Source: a virus. Taken from it: a stretch of DNA of 60,073 nt. Below are positions 23,747-32,023 of this stretch, piece by piece; the stretch's first letter is position 1, and every line of letters begins with the position of its first letter. Made by a program: the position numbers and the translations under genes. The stretch lies in IMG/VR virus record IMGVR_UViG_3300032087_004980. One strand, 5' to 3'. The notes under the pieces were generated by a model. That model saw only the letters and a list, made by a program, of their open reading frames with translations, made no database searches and had not been told where the DNA came from.

Positions 23747-23786
23747 GTTGATAATTGACTGTTGATATTGGCATTGATTGTCCACA
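23747..23786. repeat. Three ~13-nt TTGAT-type iterons ending in a DnaA-box-like 9-mer (TTGTCCACA, 23778-23786)
   Basis: GTTGATAATTGAC-T-GTTGATATTGGCA-TTGATTGTCCACA read directly. The 9-mer matches TTATCCACA at 8 of 9 positions. Confidence 0.5.
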
Positions 23787-24070
23787 AAATCAGCAAGTTG
23801 CAGGCTTTGGAATAGCAATACAAAACGCTTCGTGTGTGCCCCCATAATGGGTGGATGCGTTGCGTCTGTGCATGGGTGAGGGGATTGATACCAACCTGCG
23901 CAGAACTGCGTTACGCACGGACACCTACACGTAAGGTGCAGGTACACGGGGCTAACTCTCTGTCTGTCAGGCAAGTACGCTACAAAAAAGCTGAAAATCT
24001 ACGCGCAAACGCACGTATGCATAGGGGTAGGGGTGCGTCAGATGCGTTTCTGTGTGCGTATGCTAGCGTG

Positions 24071-24086
24071 TATATATATATATAAT
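24071..24086. repeat. (TA)7 microsatellite / easily melted element ending in TATAAT
   Basis: tatatatatatataat in the non-coding control region. Confidence 0.9.
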
Positions 24087-24151
24087 CCCCACGCTCTGTG
24101 TAGCTCACCACTTTTTGCGATCAGATTCTTTCAACAGAAGCATAAGCATGC

Positions 24152-24163
24152 CTTTACGTAAAG
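24152..24163. promoter_or_regulatory. 12-bp perfect palindrome CTTTACGTAAAG (operator candidate)
   Basis: Self-complementary sequence located ~60 nt upstream of the candidate rightward promoter. Confidence 0.35.
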
Positions 24164-24223
24164 CTTCCTATTTGAATCGTTCACAGGCAGTTAAGCTACA
24201 GCGGTTGAAGCGATGCTTTAGGG

Positions 24224-24254
24224 TTGAAACTGAAAATTTTCCTTTGTAACTTTG
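24224..24254 (+). promoter_or_regulatory. Candidate rightward promoter (TTG-N20-TAACTTTG)
   Basis: Same -33/-7 spacing as the leftward early promoters. Lies 93 nt upstream of ATG 24347. Confidence 0.5.
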
Positions 24255-24346
24255 CTAAACTTTCTGTGATGGTTGAAACAGATAGAAATATTTGGGTGCA
24301 TGTGCACTGAGAGTCCTTTTTCTTTGTATCAAAGGATAGCTATATC

Positions 24347-25015
24347 ATGAAAACAGTGCGATCTCTGCCCCCAGAACTCCAGGATATGATCAATAAGTAC
24401 AACGATCTCTTGGATTCCTATGGATACAATCAGCGTTGGTACAATCATGATGAGTTGACGGAGATGGAGGACTTCACTCGTCTTCAGAAGGACGGAGGTA
24501 TTTATCAGGATACAGGCCTAACGGCGGATGAACTGAAGCGCCGTGGCGCGGAAGTCAGGGGCCTTGCGCATGAAGTCGTAAAATTAGCGGAGGATCTTCG
24601 TCGCCAAGGAAAAATTACGTTTTCTGACGAGGCAACAGCTAATTTGAACCATATTCTCGATGAGTACGGCGGGTCTGACACGTTTTTTTATGCGCAAGCT
24701 GCGGAAGGTGAGGATGGAACGGCGCCCAGGTTTGCTTTTTTCTCTCCAGCCCTTCCTCAGTTTCTGCCTTCAGATCAGATAAAGCCTATGAGGCCAATAA
24801 AAGTTGGCCAACAAGAGATGCCTGACAGGAAGCTAAAGCAGTCTACCCCAATAGACATTCCTGAACTTGAGAAGGAGCTTATGATGAGAGCTAATCCAAG
24901 GATGCGTACTGGCCAAGAACCAAGTTATTACATCATAAAGGAAGGGAATAGAAGGGTAGTCAGGCCTGTGGAGGAGGAAGAGCTTCAGTACTACAGGAGC
25001 AAAAACAGAATCTAA
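24347..25015 (+). CDS. Hypothetical protein (222 aa), first rightward gene
   Basis: Clean ORF with ATG start. Confidence 0.75.
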   Translation: MKTVRSLPPELQDMINKYNDLLDSYGYNQRWYNHDELTEMEDFTRLQKDGGIYQDTGLTADELKRRGAEVRGLAHEVVKLAEDLRRQGKITFSDEATANLNHILDEYGGSDTFFYAQAAEGEDGTAPRFAFFSPALPQFLPSDQIKPMRPIKVGQQEMPDRKLKQSTPIDIPELEKELMMRANPRMRTGQEPSYYIIKEGNRRVVRPVEEEELQYYRSKNRI

Positions 25016-25038
25016 GAAGTCAAATAGATCCTTACATC

Positions 25039-26187
25039 ATGAAACCAAAGAAGCTCCCCCTTCTCAGCAACCCTGATGATGTTGATGGTCTGCTGCAGGC
25101 GCTGCAGGCCTACGGCATGTATGCGGAAAGAGACAGTAAGGTTAGCGAAGCCCTGCGGGCTGGTGGTAAAGAGTCAGCAGATTTCATGACTCGCTTTTAT
25201 CAGTCACCTTATTACAAGAATATTGTTGGTGGTAGAGAAATGATGTACTCAGATCAGGGGTTTGAAGACTCTGCAGAAGGTGAGCGCATTAGGAATATAA
25301 GGTTTACCTCTAACCCATACCAGGGATCTCGTGGCAGATATATGGGCCCTGGCACTGATGTAGCCAAAGAGGCTAATCTGGGTACTCTAGCAGACTTGAG
25401 AAACCCAGCTGGCCTTATTGAGATAAACACAAATGAAAATACTTTTGCAGGAAGGGGGGCAATGTATGACCCTTACCTGTACACGCACGAAATGTCTCAT
25501 GCAACTGGAGAGCCTGCACAGGATGCATTCATTGCAGACGGCGAGCTTTATCCAAGCTCACAGAGTTTCGACAGACACATGCTTGAGGGCAATCCATCTA
25601 GACCCTATATGAGTAAGTATGGGTTTTTTACAACAAGAGATCCCGTTCACATCAAACCAGGAGAAAGCGTTGATGAGGCTTTAGCAAGAGAGCAAAGAAA
25701 AACAGTTAGTGACTATGAGCAATATGGGGGGAAATATCGTGAGCCGTTTGCAGCCCCAGGTGTTCCAATTAAACGAGAGTCTGACGCTCTCAGCTTTCTG
25801 AACTTAGACTATTTAGCTAGTCGAAAAAATGAAAATTTAAAACCCCCACATATAAGGGAGCACCTAGATTACCTTCAGAATCCAACTGAGATCGCAGCTA
25901 GGATGAGAGCTGTTACTCACAGACTTCAGGATGAAGGGCTGATGGATCAGGATGATTTTGATTTGACCTATGATAAACTTTACAGGGCGTATCAAAACGG
26001 TGATCCTCAGGCTATGCAGATTTTGCAGGCAATGGGCGTTGTTAGCATGCTTTCTGAAGGCGGTAAGTATGAAGACTTCTCAAGCGAACCACTACATAAC
26101 TATTCTGCTAACTGGAGTGGGAAGAGAGAAACCATTGCTGATCGAGCCAAGGAGAAGTACAATAAGTACATTAGGGGCAAAGTTTGA
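25039..26187 (+). CDS. Putative zinc metallopeptidase (HEXXH)
   Basis: 382 aa with ..DPYLYTHEMSHATGE.. (H-E-x-x-H) as the only recognisable motif. Confidence 0.45.
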   Translation: MKPKKLPLLSNPDDVDGLLQALQAYGMYAERDSKVSEALRAGGKESADFMTRFYQSPYYKNIVGGREMMYSDQGFEDSAEGERIRNIRFTSNPYQGSRGRYMGPGTDVAKEANLGTLADLRNPAGLIEINTNENTFAGRGAMYDPYLYTHEMSHATGEPAQDAFIADGELYPSSQSFDRHMLEGNPSRPYMSKYGFFTTRDPVHIKPGESVDEALAREQRKTVSDYEQYGGKYREPFAAPGVPIKRESDALSFLNLDYLASRKNENLKPPHIREHLDYLQNPTEIAARMRAVTHRLQDEGLMDQDDFDLTYDKLYRAYQNGDPQAMQILQAMGVVSMLSEGGKYEDFSSEPLHNYSANWSGKRETIADRAKEKYNKYIRGKV

Positions 26188-26192
26188 ATTAG

Positions 26193-26200
26193 TATATTTG
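26193..26200 (+). promoter_or_regulatory. Late-type -7 box TATATTTG, 4 nt before ATG 26205
   Basis: The intergenic sequence AATTAGTATATTTGacccATG has the same 14-mer (AATTAGTATATTTG) as at 38897-38910. Confidence 0.5.
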
Positions 26201-26204
26201 ACCC

Positions 26205-26654
26205 ATGGCTACACTAACACTGTCAATTAAAGAAGACCTCATTATTGCAGGCAAACAGCAGGGGAGAACTGTTACCAAAGAGGTGACGGGGGTCAACAAC
26301 GTTTACTGCCGCTATTACGTGGTGGACAATACGGAGGATACCATCATTGATTTCCAAGCAGACAGATCTAGTGGCGGGGCTGTTGAAGATGCCACCTTGA
26401 AGTACGCTAGGTTTACTCACGCTACTGGATCAAATACCATTGATCTAAGGTTTCAGGCTACTGCAGCAAACAAAGAATATATCGTAAGACTGTCTGCAGG
26501 TGAAAGCTACTTGTTGTTTTTTGATTCCATTGACGCTGAGTCAACTTCCTCAGGCCTTGGTGGGGCTTTCTCTGGTAGTCAACTCGACGTTATAAAAGCC
26601 ATTTGCTCTTCAGGCGATGGCGCATCTCTTGAAGTATTAATCGCACAATCATAA
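26205..26654 (+). CDS. Small structural-type protein (149 aa), family with 38930 and 39322
   Basis: Shares the N-terminal MAT.T.SI pattern and the C-terminal L.AGE/GD-aromatic ... [LV]E[VF][LV] pattern with the two tandem genes at 38930-39723. Confidence 0.65.
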   Translation: MATLTLSIKEDLIIAGKQQGRTVTKEVTGVNNVYCRYYVVDNTEDTIIDFQADRSSGGAVEDATLKYARFTHATGSNTIDLRFQATAANKEYIVRLSAGESYLLFFDSIDAESTSSGLGGAFSGSQLDVIKAICSSGDGASLEVLIAQS

Positions 26655-26657
26655 ATT

Positions 26658-27155
26658 ATGAAGCACATTAAACAAATGCCTGGCGGAGGACACCTTCGCC
26701 GCATGATGGAAATGGGTGGCGCTATGGGCTCCCAAGGACAACCTTCTTTAGAGCAGCAAGCTCAAATGATCACCAGTCAAATCCTTCAGCAAGTGGGGCC
26801 AGGCCCCAACCAAAGAGCTGACTTTTTCATGAGTAACGCAGAGGGGGACTTTCAGCGCTTGAGGCCCACGGCTACTTTCCGTTATGAAGACTTTGAAAGG
26901 GAAGTTGACGGCGGTCAAGACCAGATGAATGCGGCTCTTTACCAAGCGGTTCTTCGCGCCTTGAACAATCCAAATAGCGAAGAGGCATTTCAGCTGAAGC
27001 GCATGCTTGACATGCGTAATATCCAGATGGATCGCGGTGGCGCCATGGAGTACAGATATGGAGGAAAGGTATACGCTAATAAGGGAGCTATGCTCGAAGG
27101 CATTTTGCAAGATCCTGAACAAAGAGCCGCTGCCAAGCGGATTCTTTCAGAATGA
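26658..27155 (+). CDS. Hypothetical protein (165 aa) with GG motifs
   Basis: ORF starting MKHIKQMPGGG.., with ..MEYRYGGKVYANKG.. further on. Confidence 0.7.
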   Translation: MKHIKQMPGGGHLRRMMEMGGAMGSQGQPSLEQQAQMITSQILQQVGPGPNQRADFFMSNAEGDFQRLRPTATFRYEDFEREVDGGQDQMNAALYQAVLRALNNPNSEEAFQLKRMLDMRNIQMDRGGAMEYRYGGKVYANKGAMLEGILQDPEQRAAAKRILSE

Positions 27156-27472
27156 AGCCTCTTAAGAAATATATGAACGGTGGGGTTGAGCCTTTGACCC
27201 CAAGGCAGTTCAGACAAAACGAGCGTGCACGAAGCAGAGCTGAGAGAGATGCTGCTATTGTCGAGAGGGGGGCTAAAAGCTCAAAAGACCTCCTGCGCAA
27301 CTTAGAGCAGTACGACGATAGGAAAGATAAAAGAGCCATTGTAAAGCAGATGATTAAGGCTGGCGCCATCGCACTAGGAGGGGTCGCTTTGAGCAATCTA
27401 AGGTATCCACAGGATGCGTCTGGGATGACTATGGGAGATTACATTAAAGAGCTCCGCAGGCTAAACAGATAA
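27152..27472 (+). CDS. Hypothetical protein (106 aa), N-terminal KKYxNGG motif
   Basis: MKPLKKYMNGGVEP..; ATGA overlap upstream; C-terminal hydrophobic segment. Confidence 0.7.
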   Translation: MKPLKKYMNGGVEPLTPRQFRQNERARSRAERDAAIVERGAKSSKDLLRNLEQYDDRKDKRAIVKQMIKAGAIALGGVALSNLRYPQDASGMTMGDYIKELRRLNR

Positions 27473-27921
27473 TGCGAACGGTCAAGGAAGATAGAATCAA
27501 ACGCCTGGAGCGAAGGGCTGCACGGGCAGGTGAGCGTGCGCAGGCTCGTGGCGAGGAACCTGTTGGTTACGAATCAGCCATGACTTACAGTAACCCTCGT
27601 ATGATGGGTGGGACCTATCAGAGGCCTATCTATTCTAGAGAGCAGGAGATTCTTGATATGATATCCTCACTGATTGATGACGGTGATCCTTTGACTCCAT
27701 CAATGGATCCTGGTATGTTTGAGGAAGAGTTTTCTAGATCCCCAAAGTTTCGCAGAGGAGTCGTTGAGTTCTTGCGTGATATAATGCCTGACCCAAGAAT
27801 GCGCGGTGCTGGAAAAGCGCAGTATGGTGGAGGCAAGAGCAAGGGCCTAAACATTGGGTTCTTTGGCAAGTTTGATACTAGGCAGAAAGACTACAACTGT
27901 AGGGTAAAGGGTAATTGCTAA
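27472..27921 (+). CDS. Hypothetical protein (149 aa)
   Basis: ORF with TAATG coupling; contains ..KAQYGGGKSKG.. Confidence 0.7.
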   Translation: MRTVKEDRIKRLERRAARAGERAQARGEEPVGYESAMTYSNPRMMGGTYQRPIYSREQEILDMISSLIDDGDPLTPSMDPGMFEEEFSRSPKFRRGVVEFLRDIMPDPRMRGAGKAQYGGGKSKGLNIGFFGKFDTRQKDYNCRVKGNC

Positions 27922-28401
27922 ATGAAGCTATCTAAAAATTTATCTCTAGAAGAGGTTACAAAAAGCATCACGGCTAAACGACGTGGTATAGACAATACGC
28001 CAGATGAGTGGGTTACAGAAAATCTTAGACAAGTTGCGATCAACATTTTTCAACCTGTGCGCGAGCATTTCAAGTGTCCTATATTCGTGTCGAGCGGCTA
28101 TCGTTCAGCGGAACTCAACAAGGCGATTGGCGGTTCAAAGCGTAGTCAGCATGTGGAGGGTAGAGCATTCGACCTTGACGCAGATGTATTTGGACGTGTG
28201 TCGAACAGTAGCATATTCAACTACATACGAGAAAATCTACAATTTGATCAGCTCATTTGGGAGTTTGGTGATGAAGATAATCCTGATTGGGTGCACGTGT
28301 CTTACGTTTACGATGGCGTTAATCGTGGCAGGTGCCTCAAGGCTCTTCGAGATGATAAAGGAAAAGTGTACTACGAAGTAATATTTGGTAAGGGGTTATG
28401 A
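27922..28401 (+). CDS. Peptidase M15 family endolysin (L-alanyl-D-glutamate / D-Ala-D-Ala peptidase type)
   Basis: SGYRSAELNKAIGGSKRSQHVEGRAFDLD (H-x6-D) and DWVHVS, the zinc ligand pattern of M15 cell-wall peptidases. Confidence 0.85.
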   Translation: MKLSKNLSLEEVTKSITAKRRGIDNTPDEWVTENLRQVAINIFQPVREHFKCPIFVSSGYRSAELNKAIGGSKRSQHVEGRAFDLDADVFGRVSNSSIFNYIRENLQFDQLIWEFGDEDNPDWVHVSYVYDGVNRGRCLKALRDDKGKVYYEVIFGKGL

Positions 28402-29201
28402 TAGGACTAGGATTAGGGGCAACCCACGCATCGCCGCTTCAAGCAGCCACTGAGGTAGACAATACCATATCAGACACAAAAGCCTTTGAGTTTGATGGAA
28501 CGAATGATGTCGTTATCGCCCCAGCATCTGTTGATATTTTTAATGGCAGTGGAGGATCAATATCTTTTTGGGCAAAAGACGGTGACTTTTCAAACAAGAC
28601 TTTTATTAATAAGTATTCATCTGGTGATAATCAGTGGGCAATAGGAATACAAGAGATAGCAGGAAATGATGCTATGTTTTTCCAAGGTGTTGACGACGCT
28701 GGTGGAGGTTCAGTTACCTCTAAATTTTACTCAAGCTTCTTATCAAACTTAACTAACTACAATCACTTTGTAGTTGTCGTAGACGACTCTAGTACGTCTA
28801 ATTTTCTTGCAAATTCAAAGATCTATGTGAACGGTTCTGCTACAAGTTCAATCTTTAGTGGAGGATTAAATGTTAGTGCAACAGTGGATTTTGACAATAC
28901 TGGATCTCTTCTTGTAGGCGCTTCAACCAACACCGCCAGAACTCATGTTGATGAGATCAATGAAATAGCTTTTTTTAGCACTGCTCTAAGTGCTGCAGAG
29001 GTCACAGCTATTTACAATAGCGGAACCCCCACAAATCTAACGGTAAACAAAGGGGACTATGCTTCTGCCAGCTCTCTTGAGCTGTATATCAGAGGAGAAG
29101 AAACGATTGGATCAGCACCTCAATTTCCGTTCACAGATTCCAGTGGTAACAGTGTTTCTTGCTTCGCGCTTGGCAATTCAATAATTGATAGCACCCTTTA
29201 A
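28398..29201 (+). CDS. LamG / concanavalin-A-like lectin domain protein
   Basis: FEFDGTNDVV..SISFWAK..KIYVNG..VDEINEIAFFSTALSAAEVTAIYNSGTP is the typical Laminin_G_3 signature. Confidence 0.75.
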   Translation: MIGLGLGATHASPLQAATEVDNTISDTKAFEFDGTNDVVIAPASVDIFNGSGGSISFWAKDGDFSNKTFINKYSSGDNQWAIGIQEIAGNDAMFFQGVDDAGGGSVTSKFYSSFLSNLTNYNHFVVVVDDSSTSNFLANSKIYVNGSATSSIFSGGLNVSATVDFDNTGSLLVGASTNTARTHVDEINEIAFFSTALSAAEVTAIYNSGTPTNLTVNKGDYASASSLELYIRGEETIGSAPQFPFTDSSGNSVSCFALGNSIIDSTL

Positions 29202-29203
29202 CA

Positions 29204-29476
29204 ATGAGTAATCGTATAGATAGGTTTAGGTACGTTATTGTTGATTACGACAACATAACAGATCAAATGCTTTCTGAAACGGAGTGTGCTGGAAAAGAAT
29301 ACATTTATGTATCTCACAGCGGAACGAAAAGGGGTATACTTAGATACGTTGTAAACAGCAAGCCCTCTTCTTTGATTGGTGTTACCTCCTACACTCACAG
29401 TGAAATCGTTTCTATAACAGAAGATCCTGATGGAGATTGGTATGTAGCCCCATCACCTGTTCCTGAAATACCCTAA
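29204..29476 (+). CDS. Hypothetical protein (90 aa)
   Basis: ORF with ATG start, 2 nt after the upstream stop. Confidence 0.65.
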   Translation: MSNRIDRFRYVIVDYDNITDQMLSETECAGKEYIYVSHSGTKRGILRYVVNSKPSSLIGVTSYTHSEIVSITEDPDGDWYVAPSPVPEIP

Positions 29477-29480
29477 GCAT

Positions 29481-29903
29481 TTATTTTTCTAACTCTCTGT
29501 AAAAGGCCTGCACCAACAAGCGGGCTTTTTGCGTGAGCGCATATCGCACCCTGTAGTTAAACTTAGTCTCTTCGCGGAAGATGTGGTCTTCTCTTGTCTG
29601 ACTTGGAGTCAGCTTGTCAAAGTGTTTATACACCAATCCCTCTTTCATTAAGGGGTATACGATTCTGTCCCCTATCTTACGATCAGAGAAGTTGAAGTCT
29701 TTGGCGGCGTGCCTCAGAGTCCAAAACTCCAGATCGTAAGCCCAGAGCATAAAGTGAAGCTCTTTTTCAAAGATGTCTTGCTTTTTGCAGAAATCGCTGA
29801 GCACCGTGCGCAGGTACTTTAGGTGATTTCTTTTGACGTAACTTTGATTAAGCTTCGAGAACTCTCGAAACATCTTCTTTTGTAGAACTTTACTCCTAGG
29901 CAT
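29481..29903 (-). CDS. Winged-helix (MarR-like) DNA-binding protein; the only antisense gene in the rightward arm
   Basis: 140 aa. ..ELHFMLWAYDLEFWTLRHAAKDFNFSDRKIGDRIVYPLMKEGLVYKH..YALTQKARLLV.. fits a helix-turn-helix-plus-wing pattern. Confidence 0.55.
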   Translation of the reverse strand: MPRSKVLQKKMFREFSKLNQSYVKRNHLKYLRTVLSDFCKKQDIFEKELHFMLWAYDLEFWTLRHAAKDFNFSDRKIGDRIVYPLMKEGLVYKHFDKLTPSQTREDHIFREETKFNYRVRYALTQKARLLVQAFYRELEK

Positions 29904-29907
29904 TTAA

Positions 29908-30213
29908 ATGAATTACGAAGAACAAGACAACATTACTTCTTTTCTCCTGGAGATTCAGAAGTTGCAGCTGCAGATGGAGACTACCGTACAAAAGTATGGG
30001 TTTCAAGATTCTATTATCTCCATCAATCTTTGCGGAGTAATGGTAGAGGAGGGTGATCAAGACAATCTAAAGGCTGTCTTTGGGTATAATGTCCCTGACA
30101 GAGAGGTTCTTGAGGACATACTTGATTTCATAAAAGACACATACAACCCAGGTGGTGACGACGACGAGGACCTGAACGACATGCTAAACGACCTGGGCAT
30201 TTCACTAAACTAA
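29908..30213 (+). CDS. Acidic hypothetical protein (101 aa)
   Basis: ORF with ATG start; ..NPGGDDDEDLNDMLNDLG.. Confidence 0.65.
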   Translation: MNYEEQDNITSFLLEIQKLQLQMETTVQKYGFQDSIISINLCGVMVEEGDQDNLKAVFGYNVPDREVLEDILDFIKDTYNPGGDDDEDLNDMLNDLGISLN

Positions 30214-30214
30214 A

Positions 30215-30454
30215 ATGGAGTACGGACTTATTAGGAAGATCGTGATTGGTCGCGATCCCAAAGACGCTATGGCGTATTATGTTGGTATGCGTGCAGGAAA
30301 GGGGCACGTTAGCGCCATCGCCCCAGACGACAGATATCAACACAAGTATGGGCAGACGCGCTATCTGATCTATATTGAGACGGACAACGGAACCATGCTA
30401 TGGAAAGCTGTAGATGGTATGCCTTGTATAATTGAATACGACTTAAATTTTTAA
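30215..30454 (+). CDS. Hypothetical protein (79 aa)
   Basis: ORF with ATG start, 1 nt after the upstream stop. Confidence 0.65.
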   Translation: MEYGLIRKIVIGRDPKDAMAYYVGMRAGKGHVSAIAPDDRYQHKYGQTRYLIYIETDNGTMLWKAVDGMPCIIEYDLNF

Positions 30455-30457
30455 TTC

Positions 30458-31060
30458 ATGAAGACACTTAATGTCTTTGTTGTTGAGCTAGACAAACTCA
30501 TCAACGACACTATCAATGTGGGTGGTAAGGAACTGTTTATTGACACCCGTTTTGAGATGGGTGAGTTTAACAATCGCATCAACGAAGGTGTGGTAGTTTC
30601 ACCTCCTATTAAATATGACACGGGCATCAAAGAAGGAGACACGCTTTACTTCCATCATCACGTTGTTATGCAAGGGGGCCAAAAACTTTTTGGAGAGGAT
30701 CACAACGACAAGCAATATATCTGCATGTATGATGATGAGCACATCATGACAAATCAGGCGATTGCATACAAGTCAAAGGACACGGGAAAAACAAAAGCTG
30801 TAAAGGGTTGGGTTATTATGACACCATATTATGATGAACCAGAAAAAAAATCTGAAGTCATTGAAGAGGTGCACCTTGAAAAAAAGAAACTTAAGAAAGG
30901 GCGCTTAGCTTTTGAAAACGATCAAACCAAAGAGTTGGGCATAGCGCCTGGTGAGATCGTGGGTTTCAGAGAGGGAATTGCCTACATTTTTAAAATTGAT
31001 GGTGAAGAATACATTCGCATTTCAGCTGAGATGGTGGACTACGTTATTGTTGAGTCATGA
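30458..31060 (+). CDS. Hypothetical protein (200 aa)
   Basis: Clean ORF. The ends are loosely GroES-like, too weak to call. Confidence 0.7.
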   Translation: MKTLNVFVVELDKLINDTINVGGKELFIDTRFEMGEFNNRINEGVVVSPPIKYDTGIKEGDTLYFHHHVVMQGGQKLFGEDHNDKQYICMYDDEHIMTNQAIAYKSKDTGKTKAVKGWVIMTPYYDEPEKKSEVIEEVHLEKKKLKKGRLAFENDQTKELGIAPGEIVGFREGIAYIFKIDGEEYIRISAEMVDYVIVES

Positions 31061-31323
31061 GTCGTGAAGAAATGATGGAGATCCTTGCAGAAGAGGAGTG
31101 TCTTACTGCAGATGGATTTGATAAAGCATTGGTGGGGTGTACCTATGAGGGTAACGTAGTAGCTGTATACGATGTTGACCTTATGGTTACTGTCTTGATG
31201 GAAGAGGGATTGGACTGGATGGATGCTATGGAGTATCTAGAGTACAATGTGTTTGGCGCATACGTAGGAGAGAAAACCCCTAAATACATGAGGTTTGTCA
31301 AAGAAGAAGTTCACGACGATTGA
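31057..31323 (+). CDS. Hypothetical protein (88 aa)
   Basis: ORF with ATGA overlap upstream. Confidence 0.7.
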   Translation: MSREEMMEILAEEECLTADGFDKALVGCTYEGNVVAVYDVDLMVTVLMEEGLDWMDAMEYLEYNVFGAYVGEKTPKYMRFVKEEVHDD

Positions 31324-31339
31324 GGCTGCTAAACGACTG

Positions 31340-31585
31340 ATGTCGAGCATGGAGGCCGCAATCGACAACATGATTGATGAAATCAAAAAGCCTGTTGATC
31401 CTGAGATCAATGGGAGTGCACGGAAGGCAGAGCTGCAGTCGATTAAGCAGACCGCCACAGATTGCAAAGAATTAATTGTAGAGAGACAGAGACTAGAGCA
31501 AATGATCAAAGACCTTACGAACAATGGATCAATCGAAGAAGTCAAAGACTACAGCGGAGGTTTCGCTGAAAAGTTCTCTAAATGA
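31340..31585 (+). CDS. Hypothetical helical protein (81 aa)
   Basis: First ATG in frame. The ORF-track start at 31295 is TTG and overlaps the upstream gene by 29 nt. Confidence 0.55.
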   Translation: MSSMEAAIDNMIDEIKKPVDPEINGSARKAELQSIKQTATDCKELIVERQRLEQMIKDLTNNGSIEEVKDYSGGFAEKFSK

Positions 31586-31666
31586 TTGGAAGGCAATAGT
31601 TTGGCAAAAAAACAAGATAGACTATAAGTTTTGGGAGGAGTCTTGGAATGAAGAGTTTGAGGACTG

Positions 31667-32023
31667 ATGCCCTACAAAGACCCAGAAAAAAGGCGGGCAT
31701 ATCAAAGGGAGTATCATAGAAGGTATTACCTAGAGCATGCTGAAGCTTACAAGAAAAAAGCTGCCAAGCACAACAGGTCTCAGAGACGCTGGGCACGAGC
31801 TTATGTAGCGAGGGTCAAGGGCATGTCGTCTTGCGTAGATTGTGGTGAAAGCAACCCCATAGTTCTTGACTTTGATCATGTAAACGGGGACAAGTCTCAC
31901 AATATTTCAGACATGGTGAATGGTTCTTACGCCATCTCATCTATCAAAGAAGAGATTAGGAAGTGCAAGATAAGATGTTCTAACTGCCACAGAAAGAAAA
32001 CACACGAACGAAGAAATAAATAA
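31667..32023 (+). CDS. HNH endonuclease
   Basis: CVDCGESNPIVLDFDHVNGDKSHNISDM..KCKIRCSNCHRKKTHE (CxxC..H-N..N..CxxCH). Confidence 0.85.
   Translation: MPYKDPEKRRAYQREYHRRYYLEHAEAYKKKAAKHNRSQRRWARAYVARVKGMSSCVDCGESNPIVLDFDHVNGDKSHNISDMVNGSYAISSIKEEIRKCKIRCSNCHRKKTHERRNK

Noticed and set aside
22374-24085. Stack of 60-285-aa ORFs in several frames and on both strands (for example 22969-23559 +, 23193-23774 -, 23489-23974 -, 23834-24085 +)
   Set aside because: These are typical stop-poor artefacts of GC-rich DNA. They run through promoters P2 and P3 and the non-coding control region. Their translations are Arg/Gly/Ala/Pro-rich nonsense. Only 22352-22954 and 22966-23553 have a promoter, leader and ATG context.
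21111-24086. Repeated 34-mers and the (TA)7 tract as a CRISPR-like array
   Set aside because: The three repeats are 1.1-1.3 kb apart with genes between them and carry promoter boxes. (TA)7 is a simple microsatellite. There are no regularly spaced short repeats.
24148-24249. 33-codon plus-strand ORF (MPLRKASYLNRSQAVKLQRLKRCFRVETENFPL) in the control region
   Set aside because: It overlaps the palindrome, the GGTTGAA repeats and the candidate rightward promoter. It has no coupling or conserved context and is more likely non-coding.
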